The notes: a model not told the origin generated them from the letters alone. A stretch of 64,000 bases of DNA from Acidimicrobiales bacterium (GCA_026002915.1 BPGG01000001.1:1574463-1638462), one strand, 5' to 3'. Shown: positions 10,894 to 20,582, numbered from the stretch's first letter. A program made the numbers and translations.

Positions 10894-11778
10894 ATGCTCA
10901 GGTCGCGCATGCTGACGACGGGAACGAGGATGTTCCTCGCGTTGGCTCTCGTCGGCTTGGCGGGGGCCTTTCTCACCGGATTCTCCACCTGCTTCCCCGC
11001 CGACGTGCAGGGGAAGCTCCCGCCGGTGCGCTGCCAGGGGAGCCAGGGTCTCGTGGACTCGATCCTCGGCCCGGTGACGTTCGGGTGGCAGGGCGGCGTC
11101 GGAGATCACGTGCAGTACTCCTTCTTCGTCGCGATGGCCGGCGCCTCACTGGTTATGGCCGTTCTCCTCGCTGCTTGGAGGGACGCCGATCCGGAAGCGG
11201 TCGCCCAGATCGTCCGTACCCAAGTGGCGCCGGTGCTGAATCCGCCCGCACGTCTGAGCTGGTGGCCCGTGCTGGGAGCCGTCTGCCTCGCGATCGTCGC
11301 GATAGGCGTGGTGGTGAGTACGTGGATGCTTCTGGCCGGCCTTGTCGGCGGGCTGCTGGTGGTGATCCAGTGGACGCTGCGCGCCTGGGCTGAGCGGGCG
11401 ACCGCCGATCCGCTGGCAAACGAAGAGATACGCTTCGAGGTCGCCTCTTGGCTGGAGGTGCCGACCATCGCCGTCCTCGCCATCGGGGCGTTCGCGATCT
11501 CGATCTCTCGGGTGTTGCTCGCCGTCGGAGAGAAGGAGGCGGTGGCGATCGCCCTCGGGGTCGCCCTGGTCGCTTTGGTGGGATTCGGACTGGCCGCGTA
11601 CGTACCGGGTGTCAGCAAGGCGGTCATGAAGGCGCTGGCAGTCCTCGGGTTCGTGGCCGTCCTTGGAGCCGGTGTCGTGGGTGCAGCGGTGGGCGAGCGC
11701 GAATTCGAGCGGCACGATGCAGGCGCTGCCCATGTCTCCACCGAGTCTGGAGCGCATTCGACCGGAGAGGGAGGTTGA
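10894..11778 (+). CDS. Polytopic membrane protein, unknown family
   Basis: ATG at 10894 lies 5 nt after an AGGAG. 294 aa, several Ala/Val/Leu-rich TM segments, high GC3. The 5' 750 nt of the track ORF (10141..) overlap the upstream genes and are discarded. Confidence 0.6.
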   Translation: MLRSRMLTTGTRMFLALALVGLAGAFLTGFSTCFPADVQGKLPPVRCQGSQGLVDSILGPVTFGWQGGVGDHVQYSFFVAMAGASLVMAVLLAAWRDADPEAVAQIVRTQVAPVLNPPARLSWWPVLGAVCLAIVAIGVVVSTWMLLAGLVGGLLVVIQWTLRAWAERATADPLANEEIRFEVASWLEVPTIAVLAIGAFAISISRVLLAVGEKEAVAIALGVALVALVGFGLAAYVPGVSKAVMKALAVLGFVAVLGAGVVGAAVGEREFERHDAGAAHVSTESGAHSTGEGG

Positions 11779-11783
11779 GAGCA

Positions 11784-13025
11784 GTGGTCGCTGGACGCGT
11801 GCGAGGGGACGCGGGGAAGGTCCGTGCTCAGACGGTCCTCGTAGCCCTCGGTGTGGTGGCCGTGCTCGCATTCGTCTTCGCTGTGGTGGGAACCGAGTGG
11901 TGGGCTCAGGATGCGCCCTTGGACACTTTCGATCCTGCCGGCCCCGCGGCGCGGACCATCATGGATCTGGTGACGCCGGTCTTCGTCGTCGCCGGACTCA
12001 TCTTCCTTTTGGTCGAGGGGCTGATCGTCTTCATCGCTTGGCGTTTTCGTGACAGATCGGGGGAGGAGAGCGAGCCGTCGTCCGGGTCATCCTCTCTGCC
12101 TCGGCAGACCCACGGCCACAATCTGTTGGAGCTCGGATGGACCACGATTCCGTTCCTGATCCTGCTGGGTGTGGCAGTGGGTTCTGTGGCGACCATCTTT
12201 CGGTTGGAAGATCGCGAACCCGACGCGCTGCGCGTGAAGGTGGTGGGACAGCAGTGGTGGTGGAGCTACGAGTACGACCTCGACGGAGACGGGTTCTCTC
12301 CCGATGATGAAAATCCCGAGGTCGTGACGGCGAACGAGCTCGTGATACCCGCCCGTCGGCAGGTGGATCTCACCATAACGTCGGCGGACGTGATCCATTC
12401 GTTCTGGATCCCGCGGCTCAACGGAAAGAAGGACGCGGTTCCCGGGAGACTGACGTCGCTGTCGCTCGAGGCCGACGAACCCGGTCGGTACCGGGGTCAG
12501 TGCACCGAGTTCTGTGGACTGTCGCACTCGAGGATGCAGATGTACGTCGTCGCGCTGGAAGAAGACGACTTCCGCACCTGGTTGGAGAAGCAGAGAGATC
12601 CAAATGCTCCCGATGAGAGGAGCATGACACCGGCGCAGAGGCGTGGGCTAGAAGTCTTCCAGAGCAATTGCACTTCCTGTCATCGCATCGCGGGCGTCAA
12701 CGGAGAGGACTACAAGGGGGCCGCGCAGGTGTCTGGCACCGCTCCGGATCTGACACACCTGATGAGCCGGGATTCGTTCGCGGGATCGATCTTCTACCTG
12801 TGGGAGGGCATCGATTCTTGGAGCGGGGTCGAGAACTATCTGACGAAGGAAGGGCTGCGGCTCAACAGGGGCGCCCTGGAATCGTGGCTGCGGAATCCAC
12901 CGGGGATGAAGCCGATGGCACCGGATCCAGATCGAGGGAGCCGATTCGGCCGTGGAATGCCGAACCTGGGCCTCAGCGAACAGCAGATAGACGATCTGGT
13001 CGCCTACCTGACTACCCTCGACTGA
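11784..13025 (+). CDS. ctaC: Cytochrome c oxidase subunit II with fused C-terminal cytochrome c (caa3-type)
   Basis: CuA motif CTEFCGLSHSRM and heme-c motif CTSCHRI. GTG at 11784 lies 9 nt after GGAGAGGGAGG. Confidence 0.9.
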   Translation: MVAGRVRGDAGKVRAQTVLVALGVVAVLAFVFAVVGTEWWAQDAPLDTFDPAGPAARTIMDLVTPVFVVAGLIFLLVEGLIVFIAWRFRDRSGEESEPSSGSSSLPRQTHGHNLLELGWTTIPFLILLGVAVGSVATIFRLEDREPDALRVKVVGQQWWWSYEYDLDGDGFSPDDENPEVVTANELVIPARRQVDLTITSADVIHSFWIPRLNGKKDAVPGRLTSLSLEADEPGRYRGQCTEFCGLSHSRMQMYVVALEEDDFRTWLEKQRDPNAPDERSMTPAQRRGLEVFQSNCTSCHRIAGVNGEDYKGAAQVSGTAPDLTHLMSRDSFAGSIFYLWEGIDSWSGVENYLTKEGLRLNRGALESWLRNPPGMKPMAPDPDRGSRFGRGMPNLGLSEQQIDDLVAYLTTLD

Positions 13026-13096
13026 GGATGAACGTGACGACGACAGACCGATGACCGACATCAGACCGATCTCGAGGCTCGACGGAGGTCTCTGAA

Positions 13097-15127
13097 GTGG
13101 CCGTTACGGAGAGAACGACACTCGAGCTGCCTGCGGCGATCGCAGAACCAGAGCCGCTCGGCGTATTTGCCAGGCCGAGAGCCAAGCGGGGGTGGCGCGC
13201 CTGGGTGACCACCGTCGACCACAAGAAGATCGGCATCATGTACGGAGCTGCCTCGCTGTTCTTCTTCCTGATCGGAGGGATCGAGGCGCTCATCATCCGA
13301 TCGCAGTTGGCCGTCCCGAACAACGACCTGATCTCTGCGGACGCATACAACCAGCTTTTCACGATGCACGCGGTGACGATGGTTTTCCTCTTCGTCATGC
13401 CGCTTGCAGCTGCCTTTGCGAACTATCTCATCCCGCTGCAGATCGGTGCGCGCGACGTGGCGTTTCCTCGGCTCAACGCACTCAGTTTCTGGATCTTCCT
13501 CGCGGGCGGGATATTCCTCAACACCAGCTGGTTTCTAGGCGGAGGTGCAGATTGTGGATGGTTCTGCTACGTACCTAACTCTACGGTCACGTTCTCCCCT
13601 AGCCATGGGGTGGATTTCTTTGCCATAGGACTACTCATCACGGGCACCGCGTCGCTCGTGAGCGCCATCAATCTCGCGGTGACCGTGTTGAACATGCGTG
13701 CTCCCGGCATGACGCTGATGCGGATGCCCGTCTTCACGTGGATGGCCTTCATCACGCAGATGTTGTTGGTGTTCGCCATGCCGGTGATCACGGTGGCTCT
13801 GATTCTCCTCTTCTTCGATCGACGCTTCGGTACCAACTTCTTCGACGTATCGGAAGGAGCTGATCCCCTTCTCTGGCAACACCTCTTCTGGATCTTCGGT
13901 CATCCCGAGGTCTACATCATCATTCTTCCGGCGTTCGGAGTGATCTCGGAGATCATTCCGACCTTCTCACGCAAGCCGCTCTTCGGATACAACTTCATGG
14001 TGTTCGCCGGTGCGGCCATCGGCTTCATGGGCTGGGGCGTGTGGGCGCACCACATGTTCGCCTCGGGAATGGGCCCTCTTTCCGTGGCTGCCTTCTCGGT
14101 GTCGACGATGTTCATCGCAGTCCCGACGGGAATCAAGATCTTCAACTGGTTGGCCACGTTGTGGGGAGGTCGGATCCGCTTCACGGTGCCGATGATGTAC
14201 GCCGTCGCGGCAGTTGCGATGTTCACGATCGGTGGCCTTTCGGGTGTAAGCCATTCCATAGCCCCGGCAGACACGCAGCAGACCGATACGTACTACATCG
14301 TCGCGCACTTCCATTACGTCATCTTCGGTGGGGCGGTGCTGTCGTTGTTCGGAGCTCTTTACTTCTGGTGGCCGAAAGCATTCGGTTACAGGCTGTCCGA
14401 AAAACTCGGCAAGTGGAACTTCTGGCTCACGTTGATCGGCTTCAACCTGACCTTTGGACCGATGCACGTCTTGGGGCTTCAGGGCATGAGCCGCAGGACC
14501 TGGACCTACGACAGGGGCATAGGGTTCGACGGGTGGAACCTCGTGGCTACGGTCGGCGCGTTCGTGCTCGCCTTGGGCGTGCTCTTGTTCCTCGTGAACG
14601 TCGCGGTTTCCACTGCCCGGCGAAAGAGTCAGCCGCCGGTCGGTCACGATCCCTGGGATGCCAGGTCGCTGGAATGGATGGTCGCTTCTCCTCCACCCGA
14701 ATACAACTTCGACCCCATTCCCCATGTGCGGGCGCGTGACGACTTCTGGTACCGAAAGTACGGGGAGGACGAGTTCGGTCGTGCGGTCCGGATCGCCGCA
14801 ACCGACGACGTAGTGCAACCAGGAGGAGATCGTCACGTCCACCTCCCTGCTCCCTCGTACTGGCCTCTCGTCATCGCCCTCGGGATGCCGATCATCGGCT
14901 ACGGGCTCATCTTCAACCTCTGGTTGGTGGTACCCGGGCTTCTACTGGTCGTGGCGGGAATGTACGGGTGGTCGATAGAGCCGCCCGACGAGCCCGAGCA
15001 CACCGGGCCCGCACACCAAGAAGCCGCCGACCAGCCCGACGGCCCCGGTGATTCAGGGGGTGCGGGAGACGAGTCTGGGGCGGCCGAGGTTTCGTCAGCG
15101 TCGGGAGAGGAGGCTCCAGTTGGCTGA
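13097..15127 (+). CDS. ctaD: Cytochrome c oxidase subunit I (14-TM type with C-terminal extension)
   Basis: All canonical motifs are present: VDHKKIGIMY, FTMHAV, FGHPEVYIIILP, WAHHMF, AHFHYV. There are two extra C-terminal TM segments plus an acidic tail. Confidence 0.95.
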   Translation: MAVTERTTLELPAAIAEPEPLGVFARPRAKRGWRAWVTTVDHKKIGIMYGAASLFFFLIGGIEALIIRSQLAVPNNDLISADAYNQLFTMHAVTMVFLFVMPLAAAFANYLIPLQIGARDVAFPRLNALSFWIFLAGGIFLNTSWFLGGGADCGWFCYVPNSTVTFSPSHGVDFFAIGLLITGTASLVSAINLAVTVLNMRAPGMTLMRMPVFTWMAFITQMLLVFAMPVITVALILLFFDRRFGTNFFDVSEGADPLLWQHLFWIFGHPEVYIIILPAFGVISEIIPTFSRKPLFGYNFMVFAGAAIGFMGWGVWAHHMFASGMGPLSVAAFSVSTMFIAVPTGIKIFNWLATLWGGRIRFTVPMMYAVAAVAMFTIGGLSGVSHSIAPADTQQTDTYYIVAHFHYVIFGGAVLSLFGALYFWWPKAFGYRLSEKLGKWNFWLTLIGFNLTFGPMHVLGLQGMSRRTWTYDRGIGFDGWNLVATVGAFVLALGVLLFLVNVAVSTARRKSQPPVGHDPWDARSLEWMVASPPPEYNFDPIPHVRARDDFWYRKYGEDEFGRAVRIAATDDVVQPGGDRHVHLPAPSYWPLVIALGMPIIGYGLIFNLWLVVPGLLLVVAGMYGWSIEPPDEPEHTGPAHQEAADQPDGPGDSGGAGDESGAAEVSSASGEEAPVG

Positions 15128-15752
15128 GACGGCAACGGCCACCGTTTCGTCGCAAGCCGCACTCGGTCACGAGGCGGGACACGACCCCCATGCGACCAGG
15201 ACGGGCATATCCAACACGAAGTTGGCAATGTGGCTGTTCTTGGCTTCGGACTGTCTCCTCTTCGGCGCGTTGATATCGACCTTCCTGATCTACGAGGGAA
15301 GGCTTCCGGCCGGCGAAATCGGCAAGGAGATCTTCGACATTCCGTTCACCTCGGTGAGCTCGTTCGTGCTGCTGATGAGCTCTCTGACCATGGTGCTCGC
15401 TGTGGCAGCCGCCCACAGGGGCGATGCTCGCAACACCCGGCTCTGGCTGGCCGCTACCGCCACTCTCGGATCGGTCTTCATCGGCGGGCAGATATACGAG
15501 TTCACCGTCTTCTACCGAGAGGGGCTCGGTTTCACGACGAGCATCTTCTCGTCCGCCTTCTACACCCTCACCGGCTTCCACGGAGCGCACGTCACCGGCG
15601 GCATCGTGATGCTCGTGTCTCTCATCGTGCTCTCGCTGCGCGGGAAGCTGCCCATGGAGAAGGCGGAGACGGTGGAGATAGTCGGCCTCTACTGGCACTT
15701 CGTCGACGTCGTGTGGATCGTGATCTTCGCGGTCGTTTACCTCGTGCCCTGA
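15120..15752 (+). CDS. ctaE: Cytochrome c oxidase subunit III
   Basis: NTKLAMWLFLASDCLLFGALI, TGFHGAHVTGG and LYWHFVDVVW. The TTG at 15120 lies 6 nt after GGAGAGGAGG and overlaps the ctaD stop. There is no in-frame ATG before the conserved region. Confidence 0.85.
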   Translation: MAETATATVSSQAALGHEAGHDPHATRTGISNTKLAMWLFLASDCLLFGALISTFLIYEGRLPAGEIGKEIFDIPFTSVSSFVLLMSSLTMVLAVAAAHRGDARNTRLWLAATATLGSVFIGGQIYEFTVFYREGLGFTTSIFSSAFYTLTGFHGAHVTGGIVMLVSLIVLSLRGKLPMEKAETVEIVGLYWHFVDVVWIVIFAVVYLVP

Positions 15753-15769
15753 GGGAGGTGGTCTCTGCG

Positions 15770-16237
15770 ATGCAGGCTACTGAGCGACTCGAATCGGGAG
15801 CCCACGAAGGGACGGGATCGGCGAGGGGTGACCTCAACTACTGGGTGGTTGCCGCGTTCCTCGCGGTAGTCACCCTCGTGGAGGTCTCCACCTACACCCA
15901 CCCCGCCTTCTGGGAGGACGTTCCGGGTCTGGGGAACATCATGGTCCCGACGCTCCTCTTTCTGATGGCCGTCAAGTTCTGGACGGTGACCTTCTTCTTC
16001 ATGCATCTGCGCTCCGACAAGCCTTTCGTGACGCTCGTCTTCTACTCCGGGCTGGTCTTGGCCGTCGCCGTGTACATCGTGACGATGCTCGCGTCGGAGT
16101 TCTTCGTCGGGGTTGAGGGATCCTCGGCCACCCGAATGTTGGCTCGGACCGGGTTCTTCGGTGCACTCACCGTCGTCGTGCTGCTGGTCGCCCACTTCGG
16201 CTTCGTCAGGCGCGACCGGCGAGCTGTCGCCCACTGA
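15770..16237 (+). CDS. ctaF: Cytochrome c oxidase subunit IV (prokaryotic COX4/CtaF-type)
   Basis: ATG at 15770 follows GAGGGAGG. Small 4-TM protein with KFWTVTFFFMHL. Its position after ctaE matches Bacillus. Confidence 0.75.
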   Translation: MQATERLESGAHEGTGSARGDLNYWVVAAFLAVVTLVEVSTYTHPAFWEDVPGLGNIMVPTLLFLMAVKFWTVTFFFMHLRSDKPFVTLVFYSGLVLAVAVYIVTMLASEFFVGVEGSSATRMLARTGFFGALTVVVLLVAHFGFVRRDRRAVAH

Positions 16238-16241
16238 GGCG

Positions 16242-17216
16242 ATGACGAAAGTGGCTCCGATCGCATCGCTCGGATGGGAGCCACATCCCGCAGTGTGGTT
16301 GCTCGTCGGCGGCCTCACAGCTGCGGGCCTCTACGTGAGCCGTTCGTTGGTGCCACACGCTCCGGTGGAGGCCGATCCGTTACCTCGTCGCCGCAGGATC
16401 GCCTTCTGGGCGAGCGTCGGAGTGCTCTGGATCGCCTCCGACTGGCCGGTTCATGACATCGCCGAAGAGCATCTCTACTTCGTCCACATGATCCAGCACA
16501 TGCTTCTCACCTACGTGTTCCCGCCGCTGCTGTTGATCTCGATACCCGAGTGGTTGGCGAAGGCGATGATCGGAGATGGTGCAGTGAAGCGTCTGCTGCA
16601 TCGCCTGGCCAGACCGATAGCTGCGGGGCTCCTGTTCAACGCAGTCGTCGTCGTGACCCACTGGGTTCCGGTAGTCGACCTTTCGGTGCGCTTCGGGTGG
16701 TTCCACTACTCGATTCATCTGGTGATGGTGCTCGCCGCCCTCACGATGTGGCTGCCGGTCTGTGGCCCTGTTCGTGAATGGCGGCTCTCCGCTCCTGCTC
16801 AGATGGTGTACCTGTTCGCCATGTCGATCGTTCCGACCGTGCCGGGTGCATGGCTCACGTTCGCGGAGGGCTCCGTGTATCCCGTGTACGACCGGCCCAC
16901 GCAGCTGTGGGGTATAGACGTGACGACGGATCAGCAGCTCGCCGGAGCAGTGATGAAGATCCTCGGCGGCCTGTATCTGTGGGGGGTGATCGCAGTCATA
17001 TTCGCTCGCTGGTCCGTCACTGAGAGCCGACGTGAGCGGGAGTTTGTGACACGTGTCCCCGCTGCGGAGTTGACCGGCGACCCAACCGTGGACGAGAGCG
17101 ACCCCTTGCATCTGGAGGCGCTGACCTTCGTTTCTTCACTCCCAGCGGAAGGTCCCGGCGGCGATGGTCGTGGCGAGGACGGCCCACGTTCCGAGCACCA
17201 TCCAAGCGGCCGCTGA
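16242..17216 (+). CDS. ctaG: Cytochrome c oxidase assembly factor CtaG (Caa3_CtaG family)
   Basis: 324 aa, polytopic. HMIQHMLLTYVFPPLLL and PVYDRP...WGI...DQQLAG motifs. Last gene of the cta operon. Confidence 0.8.
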   Translation: MTKVAPIASLGWEPHPAVWLLVGGLTAAGLYVSRSLVPHAPVEADPLPRRRRIAFWASVGVLWIASDWPVHDIAEEHLYFVHMIQHMLLTYVFPPLLLISIPEWLAKAMIGDGAVKRLLHRLARPIAAGLLFNAVVVVTHWVPVVDLSVRFGWFHYSIHLVMVLAALTMWLPVCGPVREWRLSAPAQMVYLFAMSIVPTVPGAWLTFAEGSVYPVYDRPTQLWGIDVTTDQQLAGAVMKILGGLYLWGVIAVIFARWSVTESRREREFVTRVPAAELTGDPTVDESDPLHLEALTFVSSLPAEGPGGDGRGEDGPRSEHHPSGR

Positions 17217-17858
17217 GCCTCCACCGACCTGCGTGCCGACGGCCTCCTCCAAGAGCCGTCCCAGAGCATCGGGGGGCAGCAAAGCGGCCAGCCTCGCGAG
17301 CGGTTCGGGCAAGTCGGAGGCGGGTACCACAGTGCCGCCGAACAGGACCAAGAGGACGTACACCGCGTTGGTGACCGCGAGGTTGACCAACGCAGGCAGC
17401 ACGCCGGCGAATACGAGTCCGAGGGCCGCGAACACATACGTACCCAGAGCGAGAGCAGGAAGGAACCACGGACTGAACGTGGCATTCCAGCCCAGAGCCA
17501 TGGCGGTGAGCAGGAGCACCGCCACCTGAACTGCCTCGACGAAGAGTACGGCGGTCGCCTTTGCCCCCACGAGTCGAACGCGTCCGAGCGGAGACGCACC
17601 CAGCCTCTTCAGCACGAGCTGCGATCGTTCGAAGCCTGTTGCGATCGAGAGGCTGGTGAACGCATTGGACATCACTGCCAACGTGAGAATGCGCGGTGTC
17701 AACTCGTCGACGGATCCTGGTCCACCCACTCCTCCCACTCGGACCCGGGAGAGAAAGAGGAACATCGCCACCGGTATCACCAGCGAGACGAGCATCTGCT
17801 CGCCCTGGCGCAGGCTCAGGCGAATCTCGAACGCGGCGTGAGCAAGCATCGGCCTCAC
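17136..17858 (-). CDS. ABC-2 type transporter permease
   Basis: 240 aa, 6 TM segments. Downstream of and on the same strand as the ABC ATPase gene. Confidence 0.75.
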   Translation of the reverse strand: MRPMLAHAAFEIRLSLRQGEQMLVSLVIPVAMFLFLSRVRVGGVGGPGSVDELTPRILTLAVMSNAFTSLSIATGFERSQLVLKRLGASPLGRVRLVGAKATAVLFVEAVQVAVLLLTAMALGWNATFSPWFLPALALGTYVFAALGLVFAGVLPALVNLAVTNAVYVLLVLFGGTVVPASDLPEPLARLAALLPPDALGRLLEEAVGTQVGGGSAAAWMVLGTWAVLATTIAAGTFRWE

Positions 17859-17924
17859 CCGGCGTCACACCTCCCGACCGACCCGCTCTCACAGCCGGCC
17901 CAGGTGCTCGCCGGCAGCACGGGC

Positions 17925-18857
17925 TCACCCATGGCTCACCGTCGACTCGTCATGGCTCAACAGATCCAACAGCACCTCGCGCAGCCCCGAATGTCCCGAA
18001 TGCAACTCTTCGAGGGGAGCACCGTTTCGGATGCACCAGTCGGCAACGACTCTCACGGCCTCTGCCCCGCCCACACCCACCGATCTGTATCTCCCCGGGG
18101 CGCATTCTTCCACCGGCGCGCCGAGAAGTCGGCCCAGCTCTTCCGTGTCCAGACCGGGGTCGGTGCTGAATGTGATGCTCTGGGTGCCGGAGCGTCTCAA
18201 GTCGTCCTGCGAGCCCTCCCTGAGGACGCGACCATGGGACATGACCACCAACCTGTCCGCCAGCTCTTCGACGTCTTCGAGGTCGTGGGTCGTCAACAAC
18301 ACAGCGCACCCGTCGTCGCGCTGCTTGCGCACGATGGTCCGCACCGCATCTCGGCCCGCGAGGTCGACACCGGCGGTCGGCTCGTCGAGAACGAGAGCGG
18401 CGGGCCTTCCGACGAGGGCGACGGCGAGGGACAGTCGTTGTCGCTCGCCCCGTGACAAGCTCCTGACGGCCGCCGAGGACTTGTGGGTCAGGCCCACGAC
18501 GTCGAGGAGCTCCTCAGGGTCGACCGGGTCGGTGTGATAGGACGCGAAGAGGCGCAACACCTCCGAGCAACGTGCACCGGGCCAGAAACCCCCGTCTTGG
18601 AGCATGACACCCATCACCGAGTGCACCGCCTCCCGTTCGGCCCAAGGGTCGAGACCCCCGACCGATACGCGCCCCCGACGCGGGCGCTTGAAGCCCTCGA
18701 CCGTTTCGACGGTCGTCGTCTTCCCGGCTCCGTTGGGTCCGATCAGTGCGACGACCTCGCCGGGAGCCACGTGGAAGCTCACCCCGTCGACTGCCACGAA
18801 ATCCCCGTACGTGACGACGATCGATTCGACTTCCACAGCGACTCGACGGTCCCGCAC
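17925..18857 (-). CDS. ABC transporter ATP-binding protein
   Basis: Walker A GPNGAGKTTT, signature LSRGERQRLSLAVAL, Walker B LVLDEPTAGVD. Confidence 0.9.
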   Translation of the reverse strand: MRDRRVAVEVESIVVTYGDFVAVDGVSFHVAPGEVVALIGPNGAGKTTTVETVEGFKRPRRGRVSVGGLDPWAEREAVHSVMGVMLQDGGFWPGARCSEVLRLFASYHTDPVDPEELLDVVGLTHKSSAAVRSLSRGERQRLSLAVALVGRPAALVLDEPTAGVDLAGRDAVRTIVRKQRDDGCAVLLTTHDLEDVEELADRLVVMSHGRVLREGSQDDLRRSGTQSITFSTDPGLDTEELGRLLGAPVEECAPGRYRSVGVGGAEAVRVVADWCIRNGAPLEELHSGHSGLREVLLDLLSHDESTVSHG

Positions 18858-18903
18858 GCAGGCAAGGTACTGTCTCGGCGAGCGGCGCGGCTAGCTTGCA
18901 AGC

Positions 18904-20190
18904 GTGCTCGATCCGAAGCAGGTCCGTGACCGATTCGACGAGGTCGCCGCGGCGCTGGCGAGGCGAGGAGAAGCCACCGATTCTCTCCAGAGAGTTTGCG
19001 AACTCGAGGAGCGCAGGCGACGGGTGGTCGCGGAGCGAGACGAGCTGCGCTCGAGGGTGAAGGCCCTTTCGCGGCTCGTGGCCGAGGCGATGTCCAAGGC
19101 CGACCACGCTCGGGTGGAGGAGCTCCGCGAGGAGAGCAAGCAACTCGGCGATCGCGAGCGCGAGCTGTCTCGTGAGGTCGACGGTCTCGAGGGGACCTTG
19201 CGGGAACACCTGTTGCGCATCCCGAACCTGCCGTCTCCAGAGGCTCCCGACGGCGAGGGACCGGAAGACAACGTGGTGGTGCGCACCGTCGGTTGGGATC
19301 CGCACGGTCTCGAGGACCATCAGCGAGTCCCTCACTGGGAGATAGGAGAGCGGCTCGGGATCCTCGACATGGCACGGGCTTCGAAGCTCGCCGGGTCGAT
19401 GTGGTCGATGTTCCGTCGGGAAGGAGCCCAGCTGGCGAGAGCGCTCTGCCAGTTGTGCCTGGACCGCAACCGCGACCTGTACGAGGAAATCCGGCCGCCC
19501 ACCATGGTGCGGACCGAGGTCATGGTGGGGACCGGACATCTCCCGAAGTTCGCCGACGAGGCGTATCACATCGAGCGGGACGACTTGTGGGCGATTCCTA
19601 CGGCGGAGGTGCCGCTCACGTCGTTGTATTCCGGTGAGATCCTCGACGAGAGCGAGCTGCCGCTGCGGCTTATGGCACTAACTGCATGCTTTCGTCGTGA
19701 GGCAGGGGCCGCAGGTCGGGACACCCGCGGCCTGTTGCGTGTGCACGAGTTCGACAAAGTCGAGCTTCTCGCTTACGCGACGCCTTCACAGGCGCCAGAG
19801 ATCCACAGGGAGATTCTCTCCCGTGCAGAGGCCCTCATAGCCGATCTGGGCTTGGCCTACAGGGTCGTCGACCTCTGTGCGGGGGACCTGGGTGCTTCGG
19901 CCGCGAGGACATTCGACGTGGAGGTGTACGCGCCGGGCGTGGACCGCTGGCTGGAGTGCTCTTCGGTTTCGTGGTTCACCGACTACCAGGCCCGGCGGGC
20001 CAACCTCCGCTATCGCACGCAAGGAGGAGGTACGGCCTTCGTCCACACCCTGAACGGCTCGGGCCTGGCGGTGCCGCGCGTGTGGGCCGCTCTGGTCGAG
20101 ACCTACCACCAGCCCGACGGGACGGTCCGGATACCCGACTTGCTCGTGCCCTACATGGGCGGTTTGGAGCGCATAGAAGGGAAGGCCTGA
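18904..20190 (+). CDS. serS: Seryl-tRNA synthetase
   Basis: 428 aa. N-terminal coiled-coil arm and class II core (TAEVPL, FRREAG, HTLNGSGLAVPR). Confidence 0.95.
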   Translation: MLDPKQVRDRFDEVAAALARRGEATDSLQRVCELEERRRRVVAERDELRSRVKALSRLVAEAMSKADHARVEELREESKQLGDRERELSREVDGLEGTLREHLLRIPNLPSPEAPDGEGPEDNVVVRTVGWDPHGLEDHQRVPHWEIGERLGILDMARASKLAGSMWSMFRREGAQLARALCQLCLDRNRDLYEEIRPPTMVRTEVMVGTGHLPKFADEAYHIERDDLWAIPTAEVPLTSLYSGEILDESELPLRLMALTACFRREAGAAGRDTRGLLRVHEFDKVELLAYATPSQAPEIHREILSRAEALIADLGLAYRVVDLCAGDLGASAARTFDVEVYAPGVDRWLECSSVSWFTDYQARRANLRYRTQGGGTAFVHTLNGSGLAVPRVWAALVETYHQPDGTVRIPDLLVPYMGGLERIEGKA

Positions 20191-20240
20191 ACCGGGGGCC
20201 CTCGGCGCATCTGGGCTGCCGTGCACCGTGAGACACGAGA

Positions 20241-20582
20241 TCAGGTGACGAGCGTCCTCGAGGCCCAGGCAGCCGCGAAGCAGACGATAGGCGTGGCGAG
20301 GGCGTACGTGACGGAAGAGAGTCGCCGCCCGGATCTCCAGAGCCGGATCACTTCGAGCACGAACGTCGAAAAGGTCGTGAGAGCGCCCAGCCCACCGGTG
20401 ACCAGGACGGTGGCGACAGGCCCCGAAAGGGCACTCGCGGCTCCGGCTACGCCGCATCCGATGACGTTCACCGACAAGGTCCCCCATGGCACGGAGCGGG
20501 GATCGTTGAGCGCCGTCGCCGTCACGGCGCGTGTGAGGGCACCTATCCCGGCCGCCAGCAGGAAGAGCGGGGCCGCGATCAT
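20241..20582 (-). CDS. crcB: Fluoride channel CrcB/FEX subunit
   Basis: 113 aa, 4 TM segments, GGLGALTTFSTF motif. ATGA overlap with the upstream crcB. Confidence 0.85.
   Translation of the reverse strand: MIAAPLFLLAAGIGALTRAVTATALNDPRSVPWGTLSVNVIGCGVAGAASALSGPVATVLVTGGLGALTTFSTFVLEVIRLWRSGRRLSSVTYALATPIVCFAAAWASRTLVT

Noticed and set aside
13044-13070. Short direct repeat CAGACCGAT x2 in the ctaC-ctaD spacer.
   Set aside because: At 9 nt with 18-nt spacing in a 71-nt spacer, it is within chance expectation and no partner motif occurs elsewhere in the window.
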